Below are positions 18,606-28,606 of a stretch of DNA of 64,000 nt, piece after piece. The stretch spans positions 48,904 through 112,903 of the forward strand of contig CAKPKP010000001.1 in assembly GCA_934167495.1 (NCBI GenBank), in the 5' to 3' direction. Origin of the DNA: an uncultured Clostridia bacterium. Its GTDB lineage: Bacteria > Bacillota > Clostridia > TANB77 > CAG-508. The translations under genes were made by a program, and so were the position numbers. Below the pieces are notes generated by a model. That model saw nothing but the letters and a program-made list of their open reading frames with translations. It was not told the DNA's origin and did no database searches. How positions within the stretch are numbered: position 1 is the stretch's first letter; each line of letters starts with the position of its first letter.

Positions 18606-18998
18606 GTGGAAATATTTAATCGAAATAAGGAAATTGCAGATGTTAATATGTTATCACCATTAGTTTGGGCATATGTAGGAGATAGTGTATATGAAATGTT
18701 TATAAGGACATATTTAATTAATAATTCAAATGCTAAGCCTCATAAATTGCATATAGAATCAATAAAATATGTTAAAGCTAAAGCTCAAGCAGAAATATTA
18801 ATGAAAATAACAGATAATTTAACAGATTCTGAAAAAGATATTGTAAGAAGAGGCAGAAACGCAGAAAATCATCATTTACCTAAAAACGCAGATCCAGCTG
18901 ATTATATGTATTCTACAGCTTTTGAGGCTTTAATAGGATATTTGTATTTAACAAAACAAGATGAAAGATTGAAAGAAATTTTAAATATGTGTATTTAA
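18606..18998 (+). CDS. mrnC: Mini-ribonuclease 3 (YazC/MrnC)
   Basis: LVWAYVGDSVYEMFIRTYLI and STAFEALIGYLYL match the Mini-III family. Confidence 0.85.
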   Translation: MEIFNRNKEIADVNMLSPLVWAYVGDSVYEMFIRTYLINNSNAKPHKLHIESIKYVKAKAQAEILMKITDNLTDSEKDIVRRGRNAENHHLPKNADPADYMYSTAFEALIGYLYLTKQDERLKEILNMCI

Positions 18999-19050
18999 AA
19001 TATTGACTTAAATAAATTTATGTGTTATAAATAAAGCTAGCTTGAATTTT

Positions 19051-19125
19051 GGCCCGTTGGTCAAGCGGCTAAGACGCCACCCTCTCAAGGTGGAATCATG
19101 GGTTCGATTCCCGTACGGGTCACCA
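19051..19125 (+). tRNA. tRNA-Glu, anticodon CUC
   Basis: GGCCCGTTGGTCAAGCGG...GGTTCGATTCCCGTACGGGTCACCA forms a cloverleaf. Anticodon loop CTCTCAA, stem CCACC/GGTGG. Near-identical to Bacillus tRNA-Glu apart from the anticodon. CCA is encoded. Confidence 0.85.
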
Positions 19126-19416
19126 AAAATTAAAAGTATCAAAGATTTTCTTTGGTACTTTTTTTACATTATAAAGAGTGTTCTTCAAATTTTTTTAATA
19201 TAAATAATTAGTTTAAAGCAAATTTCGTATGTAAGTAAATAAGCGGGATTTAACAAAGTACTAAATAGTAAAAATGTTATTAATATTTGCTTTTATAAAA
19301 AGAATAAAATTTTTTAATTTTAATGCAAACAAATGTATTGACAAAAGAAAAAATGTTTGGTAATATATATTTACTTTAAATGTATTAACTAAATTGATTG
19401 ATGGGGGGAATACAAA

Positions 19417-21043
19417 TTGATAAACACACTACATATAAAAAATATTGGAATAATAGACGATCTAAGTATAAATTTAAATAATGGCTTTAATGTAATAACA
19501 GGAGAAACTGGAGCACGGAAAAACATTAATAATAGATTCACTTCAAATTTTAGCAGGTGGAAGATTCTCAAAAGAAATGATTAGAAATGGAGAAAAGTAT
19601 TCATATGTTGAAATGGCATTATGCTTACCAGAAGATGATGAATACGATGAAAATGTAATAGTTTCTCGAGAAATAAATACTAACGGAAAAAATCTATGTA
19701 AAATAAATGGAAGAATGGTAACTGTAGCAGAATTAAAAGAATTTATGAAAAAAGTAATAGATATACATGGTCAAAACGATAATCAATCAATATTAGATGT
19801 AAATACACACATAAAATTATTAGATGAATTTGCTGGAGAAAAAATAAAAAATATAGCCAATAAATACAACATATATTATAAAAAATATAATGATATTAAG
19901 TTAGAATTAAAAAATAACTATGGTGATGACATTGAAAAACAAAGAAAGTTAGATTTATTAAAATACCAATTAAATGAAATACAAGCAGCAAATCTAAAAG
20001 ATTCAGAAGAGGAGGAATTAGAAAATAAAAGAAAAATAATAGTTAATTCTGAGAAAATATCAGAAAATTTATCAGAGGCAGATTATTGCTTATCTGAAGG
20101 GGGAACGGATAGTATAAATAGTGCTATAAAAGCATTAGAAAAAATAGAAGATTTAGATACGAGATATAGTGATATTTTAAATTCTTTAAAAGGAGTATAT
20201 TATGAGTTTCAAGAAATATCACGAGATGTTTCAGAGTTAAAAGAAGATAATTCTTTTGATGATATAAACAAAAAAGAAATAGAAGAAAGACTAGATTTAA
20301 TATATTCATTAAAAAGAAAATATGGAAATACAATAAAAGATATACTTGATTATGAAGAGAAAATAAAAAATGAGATTTTTAATATAGAGAATTTAGAAGA
20401 GTATACAAATAAATTAAAAAATGAACTAAAAGATATAGAAAATAAAATGCAAGAATTGGCAGTTCAAATGCATGATATAAGAGAAAAAGTAAGTACAGAA
20501 TTAAGTGAAAAAATTAATTCTGAATTAAAAGATTTAGAGATGAAAAATGCATCATTTAGTATAGAAATAAAATTTAATAATGAGAAAAGATTTAATAAAA
20601 ATGGTTTAGATGAAATAGAGTTTTTAATTTCTACAAATATTGGAGAACTACCAAAGCCATTAGTAAAGATAGCTTCAGGTGGAGAAATGTCAAGAATAAT
20701 GTTGGGGATAAAAAATGTACTTGCAAATGTAGATACTGTTCCAGTAATGGTATTTGATGAAATTGATACAGGAATTAGTGGTATAGCTGCAAATATGGTG
20801 GGATTAAAAATGAAAGAAATATCTAAAAATCATCAAGTAATAGCGATAACACATTTAGCTACAATTGCTGCAAAAGGTGATTATAATTATTATATTAGTA
20901 AACAAACAATAGATGCTAGAACCAGAACAAATGTAAAAGTCTTAAACGAAGAAGAAACAATAAGAGAAATTGCAAGAATTGCAAGTGGAGATATAACAGA
21001 AATATCATTAAATCATGCAAGAGAATTAAGACGATGCGTATAA
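19417..21043 (+). pseudogene. recN: DNA repair protein RecN with +1 frameshift inside the Walker A motif
   Basis: GGGGGGA RBS plus TTG at 19417 gives LINTLHIKNIGIIDDLSINLNNGFNVITGETGA. An extra C at 19516 breaks frame, and GKTLIIDSLQILAGGRFSKEMIRNG... continues in the next frame as the track ORF 19577..21043. The rest is a typical RecN SMC-like protein. Confidence 0.75.
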
Positions 21044-21220
21044 AAATAAATTTTTAAGATTCTTTGTTAAAATTTAACATAATAGAAATTTTACGAATAT
21101 TTACTATTATATAAAAAACGAAATAAAATTTACTCTAAAGTATTGAAAAAAATTTTTATATTTAATATACTAGAATTGTTACAAGGTTTCTAGTAACTAA
21201 TATAATTAGGGGGAATAAAA

Positions 21221-21979
21221 ATGGAAGACGAAAAAAATGTAAATGAAGAGAAAAAACTAAATGATAACGTTGAACAAAATGTTACACCAAAAGCTGAAGA
21301 AAATGGTGAAAAAATTCAAGAAAAATCTGCAGAGCCTGAAAAAGTAGAAGAAAACAATGAAGTTAAAGCAGAAAAACAAGCAGAAGATTCAAATGAAGCA
21401 AAAGTAGAAGATACAAAAACAACTTCAGAGGAACAAAAAGCAAAATCATCTGGAATAGTAGAATGGATTAAATCAAATACTAAATTAGTAGCAATAATAG
21501 CAGCAGTAATAGCTATAATAGCAGTTCTTGGAATTGTAATATCAAATGTTACTGGAAGCCCAGAGAAAGCTATAAAAGGATATTTAAGTGCTTTATCAAA
21601 TGGAGATGCCAAAAAGCTTGAAAAAAATATGGATATAAAAGGAGTTTTAGCATATTCAGATTCTTATAGTTATTGGAGTGGAATTGATGCAGATAAATTT
21701 TTAAAAGCTTATGATAAAGTAGAAAAAGATGATATAAAAGATGCAAAAGAGAATTTAGAAGAATTAATAAACCTAATCAGAGAAGACAAAAAAGATTATA
21801 ATGTTAAATTGTTAGAAATAAAAAATCAAGAAGAAGTTAAAGGCATAGATAACATGTATAAAGTTGAAATAAAAGCTAGAATAAAATATAAAGATTCTGA
21901 TGGGGATAAACAAGATAAAACAGATACTTTCAAATTTATAATTTATAAAAATAAAGTAATATATACAACACTTTACTAA
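21221..21979 (+). CDS. hypothetical membrane protein (acidic N-terminus, central TM, C-terminal globular domain)
   Basis: ORF with RBS GGGGGAA. No recognisable motif. Confidence 0.45.
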   Translation: MEDEKNVNEEKKLNDNVEQNVTPKAEENGEKIQEKSAEPEKVEENNEVKAEKQAEDSNEAKVEDTKTTSEEQKAKSSGIVEWIKSNTKLVAIIAAVIAIIAVLGIVISNVTGSPEKAIKGYLSALSNGDAKKLEKNMDIKGVLAYSDSYSYWSGIDADKFLKAYDKVEKDDIKDAKENLEELINLIREDKKDYNVKLLEIKNQEEVKGIDNMYKVEIKARIKYKDSDGDKQDKTDTFKFIIYKNKVIYTTLY

Positions 21980-21985
21980 AATATT

Positions 21986-22023
21986 AAGAGATTCTAATTA
22001 AAAAATTAGAATCTCTTTTATAT
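21986..22023 (+). terminator. rho-independent terminator (AAGAGATTCTAATT/AATTAGAATCTCTT plus T-run)
   Basis: Perfect 14-bp inverted repeat followed by TTTATATT. Confidence 0.6.
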
Positions 22024-22084
22024 TATATAAAATTACATTGCACAGAAAATTTACGGAAAGATTCAATATTTTAAATTTGTTTTA

Positions 22085-22942
22085 CTATATAGGATTTACA
22101 TGAATAATAGCTCTGCTTATTTTATCTATATTACAAATATTTTTCTCTAAATTATCAGCAAGTTTATGACTATCAAAAGTACTCATATTTCCGTCAATAT
22201 GAATTGTAAGAATAACAACATATTGATAACCTGTTGGTATGGTATAAAAATCTGTAATATTTTTTATTTCTTTACATTCATGGGCTAAATCTAAAATAAT
22301 GTTTTTGGTTTTACTATCTATTGAAATATCCATAAGTATGTTATAGCTTTCTATAAGAATTTTTAATCCAGTATAAAAGATCCAAATAGATATACCTAAG
22401 CCAACTACACCGTCAAACCAATAAATATTAAATAGTCCAAGTAAAATTGAAATTAAAGTGAATGTAGTTACTATGCAATCATTTCTATGATCTTTGTAAT
22501 TTGCTTCTAGAAGAATATTGTTATGTTGTTTAAACATTTTCTTAGTATACTTGTATAGAAAAAATTTAACAATTATTGTTATAATACAAACAATTACTAA
22601 AAATGGAGAAAAAGTAAATTCTTCTTTATTTATCAAAGACATAATTGAATTGTAAAAAAGTTTCATTGAAATTATAATCATAGAGAGACTTATTAACAAT
22701 GAAAATATGTATTCAGCTTTACCATGTCCAAAATTATGTGATTCATCTTCTGGTACGCTTGCAATTTTGTTCCCTATAGATGTCATAGCTGAAGCAAATA
22801 TGTCTGATGCACTATTTATACTATCTGCAATCATTGCCTGACTATTACTTAATATTCCAACAATACTCTTTATAATTAATAAAAATATATTACCTAAAAT
22901 TCCCATTAAACTAGCTCTTTTGGTGACTTCAAATCTATCCAT
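22085..22942 (-). CDS. cation diffusion facilitator (CDF) family metal efflux transporter
   Basis: 6 TM helices. HGKAEY motif. C-terminal cation-efflux domain layout. Confidence 0.85.
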   Translation of the reverse strand: MDRFEVTKRASLMGILGNIFLLIIKSIVGILSNSQAMIADSINSASDIFASAMTSIGNKIASVPEDESHNFGHGKAEYIFSLLISLSMIIISMKLFYNSIMSLINKEEFTFSPFLVIVCIITIIVKFFLYKYTKKMFKQHNNILLEANYKDHRNDCIVTTFTLISILLGLFNIYWFDGVVGLGISIWIFYTGLKILIESYNILMDISIDSKTKNIILDLAHECKEIKNITDFYTIPTGYQYVVILTIHIDGNMSTFDSHKLADNLEKNICNIDKISRAIIHVNPI

Positions 22943-23096
22943 GTAAAAATACTCCTTTTGATAAGATAATTTTTTTTATATTATACCACAAAATAAAAGT
23001 AGAATATTGTAAAAAAAAATCACTTATGGTATAATTTATATAGACAGGAAAAATTTAAATATTCTTTTCCTTTTTTAAGTAGTTAAATTGCTAGAT

Positions 23097-23444
23097 GGAG
23101 GCGCTTTTATGGAACCACTAATGATAATAATATTTATATTACTAATGATAGTAATTATGCTTGCTGTTTTAGCAATATTTCAAATAAAAATGGCAGGGAT
23201 GAATGTTAAAGACTTTTGGTCTTTTATTCAAGCAAATGAAATGCTAGATAAATTATATGAATTTTCAAAAAAATACGAAAAAATGGGACCAACAGAACAA
23301 GTTATATTTTTAAGCGAAGCTGAAAAAGTTTTCAATGCGTTTGATAAGGTGCCAAATATGTTATGGGAAGAAGAATATACTAAATATATGGAAGTATTAG
23401 ATAAATATAAAAATATAAAATTATTCAGATGGGAATCTAATTAA
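23097..23444 (+). CDS. hypothetical small membrane protein
   Basis: ORF track 23088..23444. ATG at 23097 is preceded by GGAGG. Confidence 0.4.
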   Translation, partial: GGAFMEPLMIIIFILLMIVIMLAVLAIFQIKMAGMNVKDFWSFIQANEMLDKLYEFSKKYEKMGPTEQVIFLSEAEKVFNAFDKVPNMLWEEEYTKYMEVLDKYKNIKLFRWESN

Positions 23445-23462
23445 AATAGATTCCTTTTTTTT
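23431..23462 (+). terminator. rho-independent terminator (GGAATCTA...TAGATTCC plus T8)
   Basis: Hairpin followed by TTTTTTTT. Confidence 0.6.
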
Positions 23463-23578
23463 GAAACATTTTAATGATTTGGTGAATACTATATTATAAG
23501 AAAATAAGAAATAAATTTTATATCATATGTAAGTTTTAGAAATTTCTTTCTTTAAATATTAATAAAGGAGTAGAGTAA

Positions 23579-24724
23579 ATGAAAATAAGATATTTTGACC
23601 ATGCAGCGACAACTCCAGTGGATAATGAAGTATTAAAAGAAATGATGCCATTTTTTAGTCAGAATTTTGGTAATCCTTCTTCAATTTATAGTATAGGAAA
23701 ATCAAATAAACATGAAGTTCAAATTGCAAGAAATAGAGTAGCAACTGCATTGAATGTAAAACCTCAAGAAATATATTTTACAAGTTGTGGTAGCGAAAGT
23801 GATAATTTAGCAATAAAAGGAATTGCATATGGAAACAGAAAAAAGGGAAATCATATTATTACAACTAGAATTGAGCATCCAGCCGTATTAAAAACTTGTG
23901 AATTTTTAGAAAAGCAAGGATATCACATAACATATTTATCTCCAAATAGTAATGGAATTGTTAGTGTAAAAGAATTGGAAAGATATATTATGCCAAATAC
24001 AATTTTGGTAAGTGTTATGTTTGCAAACAATGAAATAGGAACGATTCAGGATATTAAAGCTATAGGTGAATTATGTAGAAGAAAAAATGTATATTTCCAT
24101 ACAGATTGTGTTCAAGCAATTGGAAATGTAAGAATAGATGCTAAAGAAATGAATATTGATAGTTTATCTTTATCTGCACATAAATTTTATGGACCAAAAG
24201 GAGTAGGTGCTGTATATATAAGAGAAGGTATAAATTTTGTAAGAATTCAAGATGGTGGACATCAGGAAAGAGATAAAAGGGCGGGTACTGAAAATGTAGC
24301 TGGAATAGTAGGGCTTGGAAAAGCAATAGAATTAGCTAACAATAGTTTAGATGAATATAATAATCACCTTACTAGGTTAAGAGATTATTATATTGAAAAT
24401 GTGCAAAAAAGAATACCAAATATTAAAATAAATGGAGACTTAGAAAAAAGATTACCAGGAAATGCTAATATTTCATTTATAGGCGCAGATGGCGAAAAAG
24501 TATTAGAAGAATTAGATAAGATTGGAATATGTGCTTCAAGTGGTTCTGCTTGTAGTGCAGGATTATTAAATCCATCACATGTTTTACTAGCAATAGGAGT
24601 AGCTCCAAATGTTGCATCTACATCTATTAGAATAACTTTTGGAAAAGAAAATACATTAGAAGATGTTGATTATTTGGTTGAAAATTTAACAAATATAATT
24701 GAGAAAATAAGAAATGAAAAATAA
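23579..24724 (+). CDS. nifS: cysteine desulfurase (NifS/IscS class V aminotransferase)
   Basis: SAHKFYGPKGVGAVYIR carries the PLP-lysine motif. 381 aa. Confidence 0.9.
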   Translation: MKIRYFDHAATTPVDNEVLKEMMPFFSQNFGNPSSIYSIGKSNKHEVQIARNRVATALNVKPQEIYFTSCGSESDNLAIKGIAYGNRKKGNHIITTRIEHPAVLKTCEFLEKQGYHITYLSPNSNGIVSVKELERYIMPNTILVSVMFANNEIGTIQDIKAIGELCRRKNVYFHTDCVQAIGNVRIDAKEMNIDSLSLSAHKFYGPKGVGAVYIREGINFVRIQDGGHQERDKRAGTENVAGIVGLGKAIELANNSLDEYNNHLTRLRDYYIENVQKRIPNIKINGDLEKRLPGNANISFIGADGEKVLEELDKIGICASSGSACSAGLLNPSHVLLAIGVAPNVASTSIRITFGKENTLEDVDYLVENLTNIIEKIRNEK

Positions 24725-24752
24725 GAGGATTCAGAATTGAATCCTCTTTATT
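24725..24752 (+). terminator. rho-independent terminator (GAGGATTCAGAATTGAATCCTC plus TTTATT)
   Basis: Perfect hairpin immediately after the nifS stop. Confidence 0.6.
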
Positions 24753-24910
24753 ATATAATAGGAAAGTATAGAATATACAACTACACTGTAGAAAAAAGTT
24801 ACTGAAAAAAATTTTGATTTTTAAATAGTTGAAATTTGTAATTTTATAGAATATAATACAACTGTAAATGAAAAATACCTAAAAAATATGTATGTATAGG
24901 AGGTAGAAAT

Positions 24911-25681
24911 ATGGAATTTGCTGATATTATTCTTGAAGAGAAAGATTTAGTAAAGAAAATAGAAATAATTTCATTTTTAAAGAAGAAGGAAAAGATTTTT
25001 TTCGATACATCTGTTATTCTAAAAGCTGAAATTACAAAACAATTTATGGATATAATGAATATTGATGTAGACAAAAACGAAGTTATTACAGCATGCTTAG
25101 TTTATGGATTTAAAAGAATTAATTCACCTCAAGAAATTCAAAGAATAAAAAAAGAAGGAAAGCTAGATTATGAATATTTAAAATCTCTTGGATTTAATGA
25201 TAAGTTTTGTAAAATTTGTAGTGAATATAATAGGTATAATGAGAAAGAAGGATATGTAAGAGAAAAAGAAGGGGACATACTAGAACTGGTAGATAATTTT
25301 GGAGGTCTTATAATGCACAGACCAGAAAGGCTGGCTTTTCCAATTGAAGATGCTATACAAGTTTTAGAATATAAAAATTTACATCATAAAAATAATAGGT
25401 ATTTAGAAGAGTTTAAAAAGTTTATAAATATTATGGAAGCAATTGAAACTAAAAGAATGGTAGGTTCATATACTAAATTGCAAAATTGCTTTAATATGTT
25501 AAAAAGAGAAGATATTGCAGGTGCTGTAAGAGCAATATATGACCATGAAGATAGAATTGCTATTGCAATAGGATTAGATGTTGATGGAAATTCTCAAACA
25601 AGATTAGAAAATGTAGGAAAATTTTCCGCAAGACTTATGGAATTAAATAAAATTGAAAATGAAGAAAAGAAAGGAAAATAA
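24911..25681 (+). CDS. hypothetical protein, tightly coupled upstream of the endonuclease Q homologue
   Basis: 256 aa. No recognisable motif. The stop is 4 nt before the EndoQ start. Confidence 0.45.
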   Translation: MEFADIILEEKDLVKKIEIISFLKKKEKIFFDTSVILKAEITKQFMDIMNIDVDKNEVITACLVYGFKRINSPQEIQRIKKEGKLDYEYLKSLGFNDKFCKICSEYNRYNEKEGYVREKEGDILELVDNFGGLIMHRPERLAFPIEDAIQVLEYKNLHHKNNRYLEEFKKFINIMEAIETKRMVGSYTKLQNCFNMLKREDIAGAVRAIYDHEDRIAIAIGLDVDGNSQTRLENVGKFSARLMELNKIENEEKKGK

Positions 25682-25685
25682 AACA

Positions 25686-26873
25686 ATGTATGAAATTTTT
25701 GCAGATTTACATGTACATATTGGTAGAAGTGAAAATAATAAACCAATAAAAATAACAGCCGCTAGAAGCTTAAATTTTGCTAATATAGCAAAAGAATGTG
25801 CAGATAGAAAAGGGATAAATGTTGTAGGAATAATAGATTGTGCATCACCATATGTAATTGAAGATATAGAGAATTTTTTGAAAACTGGTGAAGCCTATGA
25901 AATTGCAGATGGAGGAATAATATATAAAGATAAAGTATGTATTATATTAGGTAGTGAAATTGAAACATCTGAAATAAATGAACAAGGAAAAACAGGAAGT
26001 GCACATAATTTATGTTATTTTCCAACATTAAACGATATAAAAGCTTTTTCAAATGAAATGAGTCATCATATAAAAAATATTACATTAAGTTCACAAAGAG
26101 CTGATATATCAGCATATGAACTTATAGATATTGTTGAAAAATATAATGGTATATTAATACCAGCTCATGCATTTACACCACATAAAAGTTTTTATGGAAA
26201 TTGCACAGATAGATTAGAAAAAATATTCAAAGAAAAATATAATAGAATTTTAGCTATAGAGTTAGGATTAAGTTCTGATACTTTTTTAGCAGATAAAATT
26301 TCAGAATTAGAAACAAAAACATTTTTAACAAATTCAGATGCACATTCCCTTCCTAAAATTGCAAGAGAATATAACAAAATTTTAGTAAATGATATAAGCT
26401 TTAAAGAGTTTTTAAAAGCAATAAAGAACGAAGATGGAAGAAAGATAATAGCAAATTATGGATTAGATCCAAAACTTGGAAAATATCATAGAACATTTTG
26501 CGAAAAATGTGGTAAAAATGTTCCAGGTGATGCGCCAGTTACAGTGTGTCATGATTGTGATAGTAAAAACATAACTATGGGAGTTTTTGATAGAATAGAA
26601 ATTATAAAGGACAAGCCAGATACTAAGAGTCCAGAAAATAGACCACCATACATATATCAAATTCCACTTACATTTATTCCAGGAATAGGCAAAAAATCAA
26701 TGGATAAATTATTAGATACATTTCAAAATGAAATGAATATATTACATAAATTATCATTTGATGATATAAATTCTGTCGTTGGTGAAAAGGTTGCAAACAA
26801 TATAATTTCAGCAAGAGAAGGAAAAATTAAAATTGTTGAAGGTGGCGGAGGAGTTTACGGAAAAGTAGAATAA
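25686..26873 (+). CDS. endonuclease Q homologue (PHP-domain DNA repair endonuclease, TIGR00375 family)
   Basis: ADLHVHIGRS, CYFPTLN, IPAHAFTPHKSFYG, ELGLSSDTFLADKI, LTNSDAHSLPKIAREYN, GRKIIANYGLDPKLGKYH, the Cys4 ribbon CEKCG...CHDCD, ENRPPYIYQIPL and IVEGGGGVYGKVE match archaeal EndoQ segment by segment. Start refined from the track's 25653 to the ATG at 25686. Confidence 0.8.
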   Translation: MYEIFADLHVHIGRSENNKPIKITAARSLNFANIAKECADRKGINVVGIIDCASPYVIEDIENFLKTGEAYEIADGGIIYKDKVCIILGSEIETSEINEQGKTGSAHNLCYFPTLNDIKAFSNEMSHHIKNITLSSQRADISAYELIDIVEKYNGILIPAHAFTPHKSFYGNCTDRLEKIFKEKYNRILAIELGLSSDTFLADKISELETKTFLTNSDAHSLPKIAREYNKILVNDISFKEFLKAIKNEDGRKIIANYGLDPKLGKYHRTFCEKCGKNVPGDAPVTVCHDCDSKNITMGVFDRIEIIKDKPDTKSPENRPPYIYQIPLTFIPGIGKKSMDKLLDTFQNEMNILHKLSFDDINSVVGEKVANNIISAREGKIKIVEGGGGVYGKVE

Positions 26874-26965
26874 AGTATAAAAAAACTTATTATTTAAAGT
26901 TCTTTTTTCGAATCTTATAACATACACATTATGTAGTAAAGTAAATAAATGAGGTAAGGTATAAG

Positions 26966-27587
26966 ATGAAAAAAGAAAGCATATTATTTGAGTATATAAA
27001 AAGAAATAAAATGGATTATATTGTAACTATAATAGTATTAATTGTTGGCATTAGTATACGGTATATTATTTATAAATAATGCTGATGGAGAAAAAGCAAT
27101 GAATATTACTTCATCAATTGAAAATATACAATCTTTAATAAAACAAGGGGATTCTATTGATAAAGGAATATTACTAAATAATTGTTTAAAGCAAAATATT
27201 ATAGTTGTAATACTAATTTGGTTTATTGGATGTACAATAATTGGTATACCAATTTTGTTTGGAATAATATTGTATAAAGGCTTCTGCATAGGATATACAA
27301 TTTCAGCAGTAATAGCTACAACTGAGTTTAGAAAAGCAATAAGCTTTATTATTTTATCGTTATTACCGCAAAACATAATAATTATTCCAACAATTTTGCT
27401 TATAACAGTTAGTGGAATAAAATTATATAAATATATAATGAAAGATAAAAACAAAGGTAACATAAAAATAGAGCTGATAAGACATACAATGATATCTTTA
27501 ATAGCTTTAGTTGCTATAATAATAGCATCTTTTATAGAAGTATATATTTCAACAAATTTATTATTATTTTTTAAAGATTTTTTGTAA
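26966..27587 (+). pseudogene. spoIIM: stage II sporulation protein M with apparent frameshift near codon 28
   Basis: ATG at 26966 gives MKKESILFEYIKRNKMDYIVTIIVLIVGISIRYIIYK and stops at 27077. The conserved SpoIIM body (LVYGILFINN...NNCLKQNIIVVILIWFIGCTIIGIPILFGIILYKGFCIGY) lies in the +1 frame from 27042. Both frames match the SpoIIM N-terminal TM1, so a single-base insertion at ~27048-27060 is implied. Confidence 0.65.
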
Positions 27588-27695
27588 AAGTATTTACAAT
27601 TTAAGAATGTTTTGATATAACATATATAGTTTATGTAAATTAATTAGGAGTGCATTTCCATAAAAATGCAAAATCAATGTATAGGGGAGCCAAAA

Positions 27696-28577
27696 ATGGA
27701 AAAACAAATTAATCTTTTTTTAGAATTTCTTGCGAATGACAAAAAATTATCTGCAAATACTTTGCAGTCATATAAAAGAGACATAGTACAATATCAAGAA
27801 TATGTAGAAGAAAATAAAATTAATTATTTAAAAGCAACAAATGAAAATATAAAGGATTACTTTGAATATTTAAAAAAATTAAATAAGAAAACTTCAACAA
27901 TTTCAAGAAGTTTAGCCTCTATTAGATCTTTTTACCAATATTTAATAAGAGTGAAAAAAATAAAAAAAGATCCAACAAATGGCATGCAATCACCAAAGAT
28001 TGAAAAAAAAGCACCAAGCATATTATCTTCAAAAGAAGTAGAATTATTATTAGAGCAACCTAAGAATGTAGACTTAAAAGGAATTAGAGATAAAGCAATG
28101 TTAGAGTTCGCATATGCTACAGGAATGAGAGTTACAGAAATTATATCATTAGATATAGATGATGTTAACATTGAAGAAAAATATGTTACTTGTAGTAATG
28201 GATTCAAAAAAAGAAATATACCACTTGGTACATTATCTTTAAAAGCATTACAAGAATACATAGAAAATGCAAGACCAATATTAATAAAAGATGAAGAAAC
28301 AAAAGCTTTATTCGTAAATATAAATGGAAAAAGACTTACAAGACAAGGATTTTGGAAGATAGTTAAATATTATAAAGAACAAGCTCATATAACAAAAGAC
28401 ATAACACCACATGTTTTAAGACATTCATTTGCAACACATTTGTTACAAAATGGAGCAGATTTAAAAGCAATTCAAACAATGCTAGGACATTCAGACATAT
28501 CATCAACACAAGTTTATATGCAATTTCAAAATGAAAGTTTAAAAAAGGTTTATAATAAAGCTCATCCAAGAGCATAG
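27696..28577 (+). CDS. xerD: tyrosine recombinase XerD
   Basis: MEKQINLFLEFLANDKKLSANTLQSYKRDI is the N-terminal core-binding domain. The C-terminus HVLRHSFATHLLQNGADLKAIQTMLGHSDISSTQVY is the catalytic R-H-R-Y region. Confidence 0.85.
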   Translation: MEKQINLFLEFLANDKKLSANTLQSYKRDIVQYQEYVEENKINYLKATNENIKDYFEYLKKLNKKTSTISRSLASIRSFYQYLIRVKKIKKDPTNGMQSPKIEKKAPSILSSKEVELLLEQPKNVDLKGIRDKAMLEFAYATGMRVTEIISLDIDDVNIEEKYVTCSNGFKKRNIPLGTLSLKALQEYIENARPILIKDEETKALFVNINGKRLTRQGFWKIVKYYKEQAHITKDITPHVLRHSFATHLLQNGADLKAIQTMLGHSDISSTQVYMQFQNESLKKVYNKAHPRA

Positions 28578-28606
28578 TATAATTAGAATTATATAAGGAG
28601 TTTATA

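Noticed and set aside
19389-19571. ORF 19389-19571(-)
   Set aside because: It lies antisense to the recN 5' fragment, which has clear RecN homology on the plus strand.
25653-25685. ORF-track start of the EndoQ gene at 25653 (MKMKKRKENKT...)
   Set aside because: That start overlaps the upstream gene by 29 nt. The conserved EndoQ N-terminus (MYEIFADLHVH) begins at the ATG at 25686, which has a GAAAGGAAA RBS. The later start was chosen.
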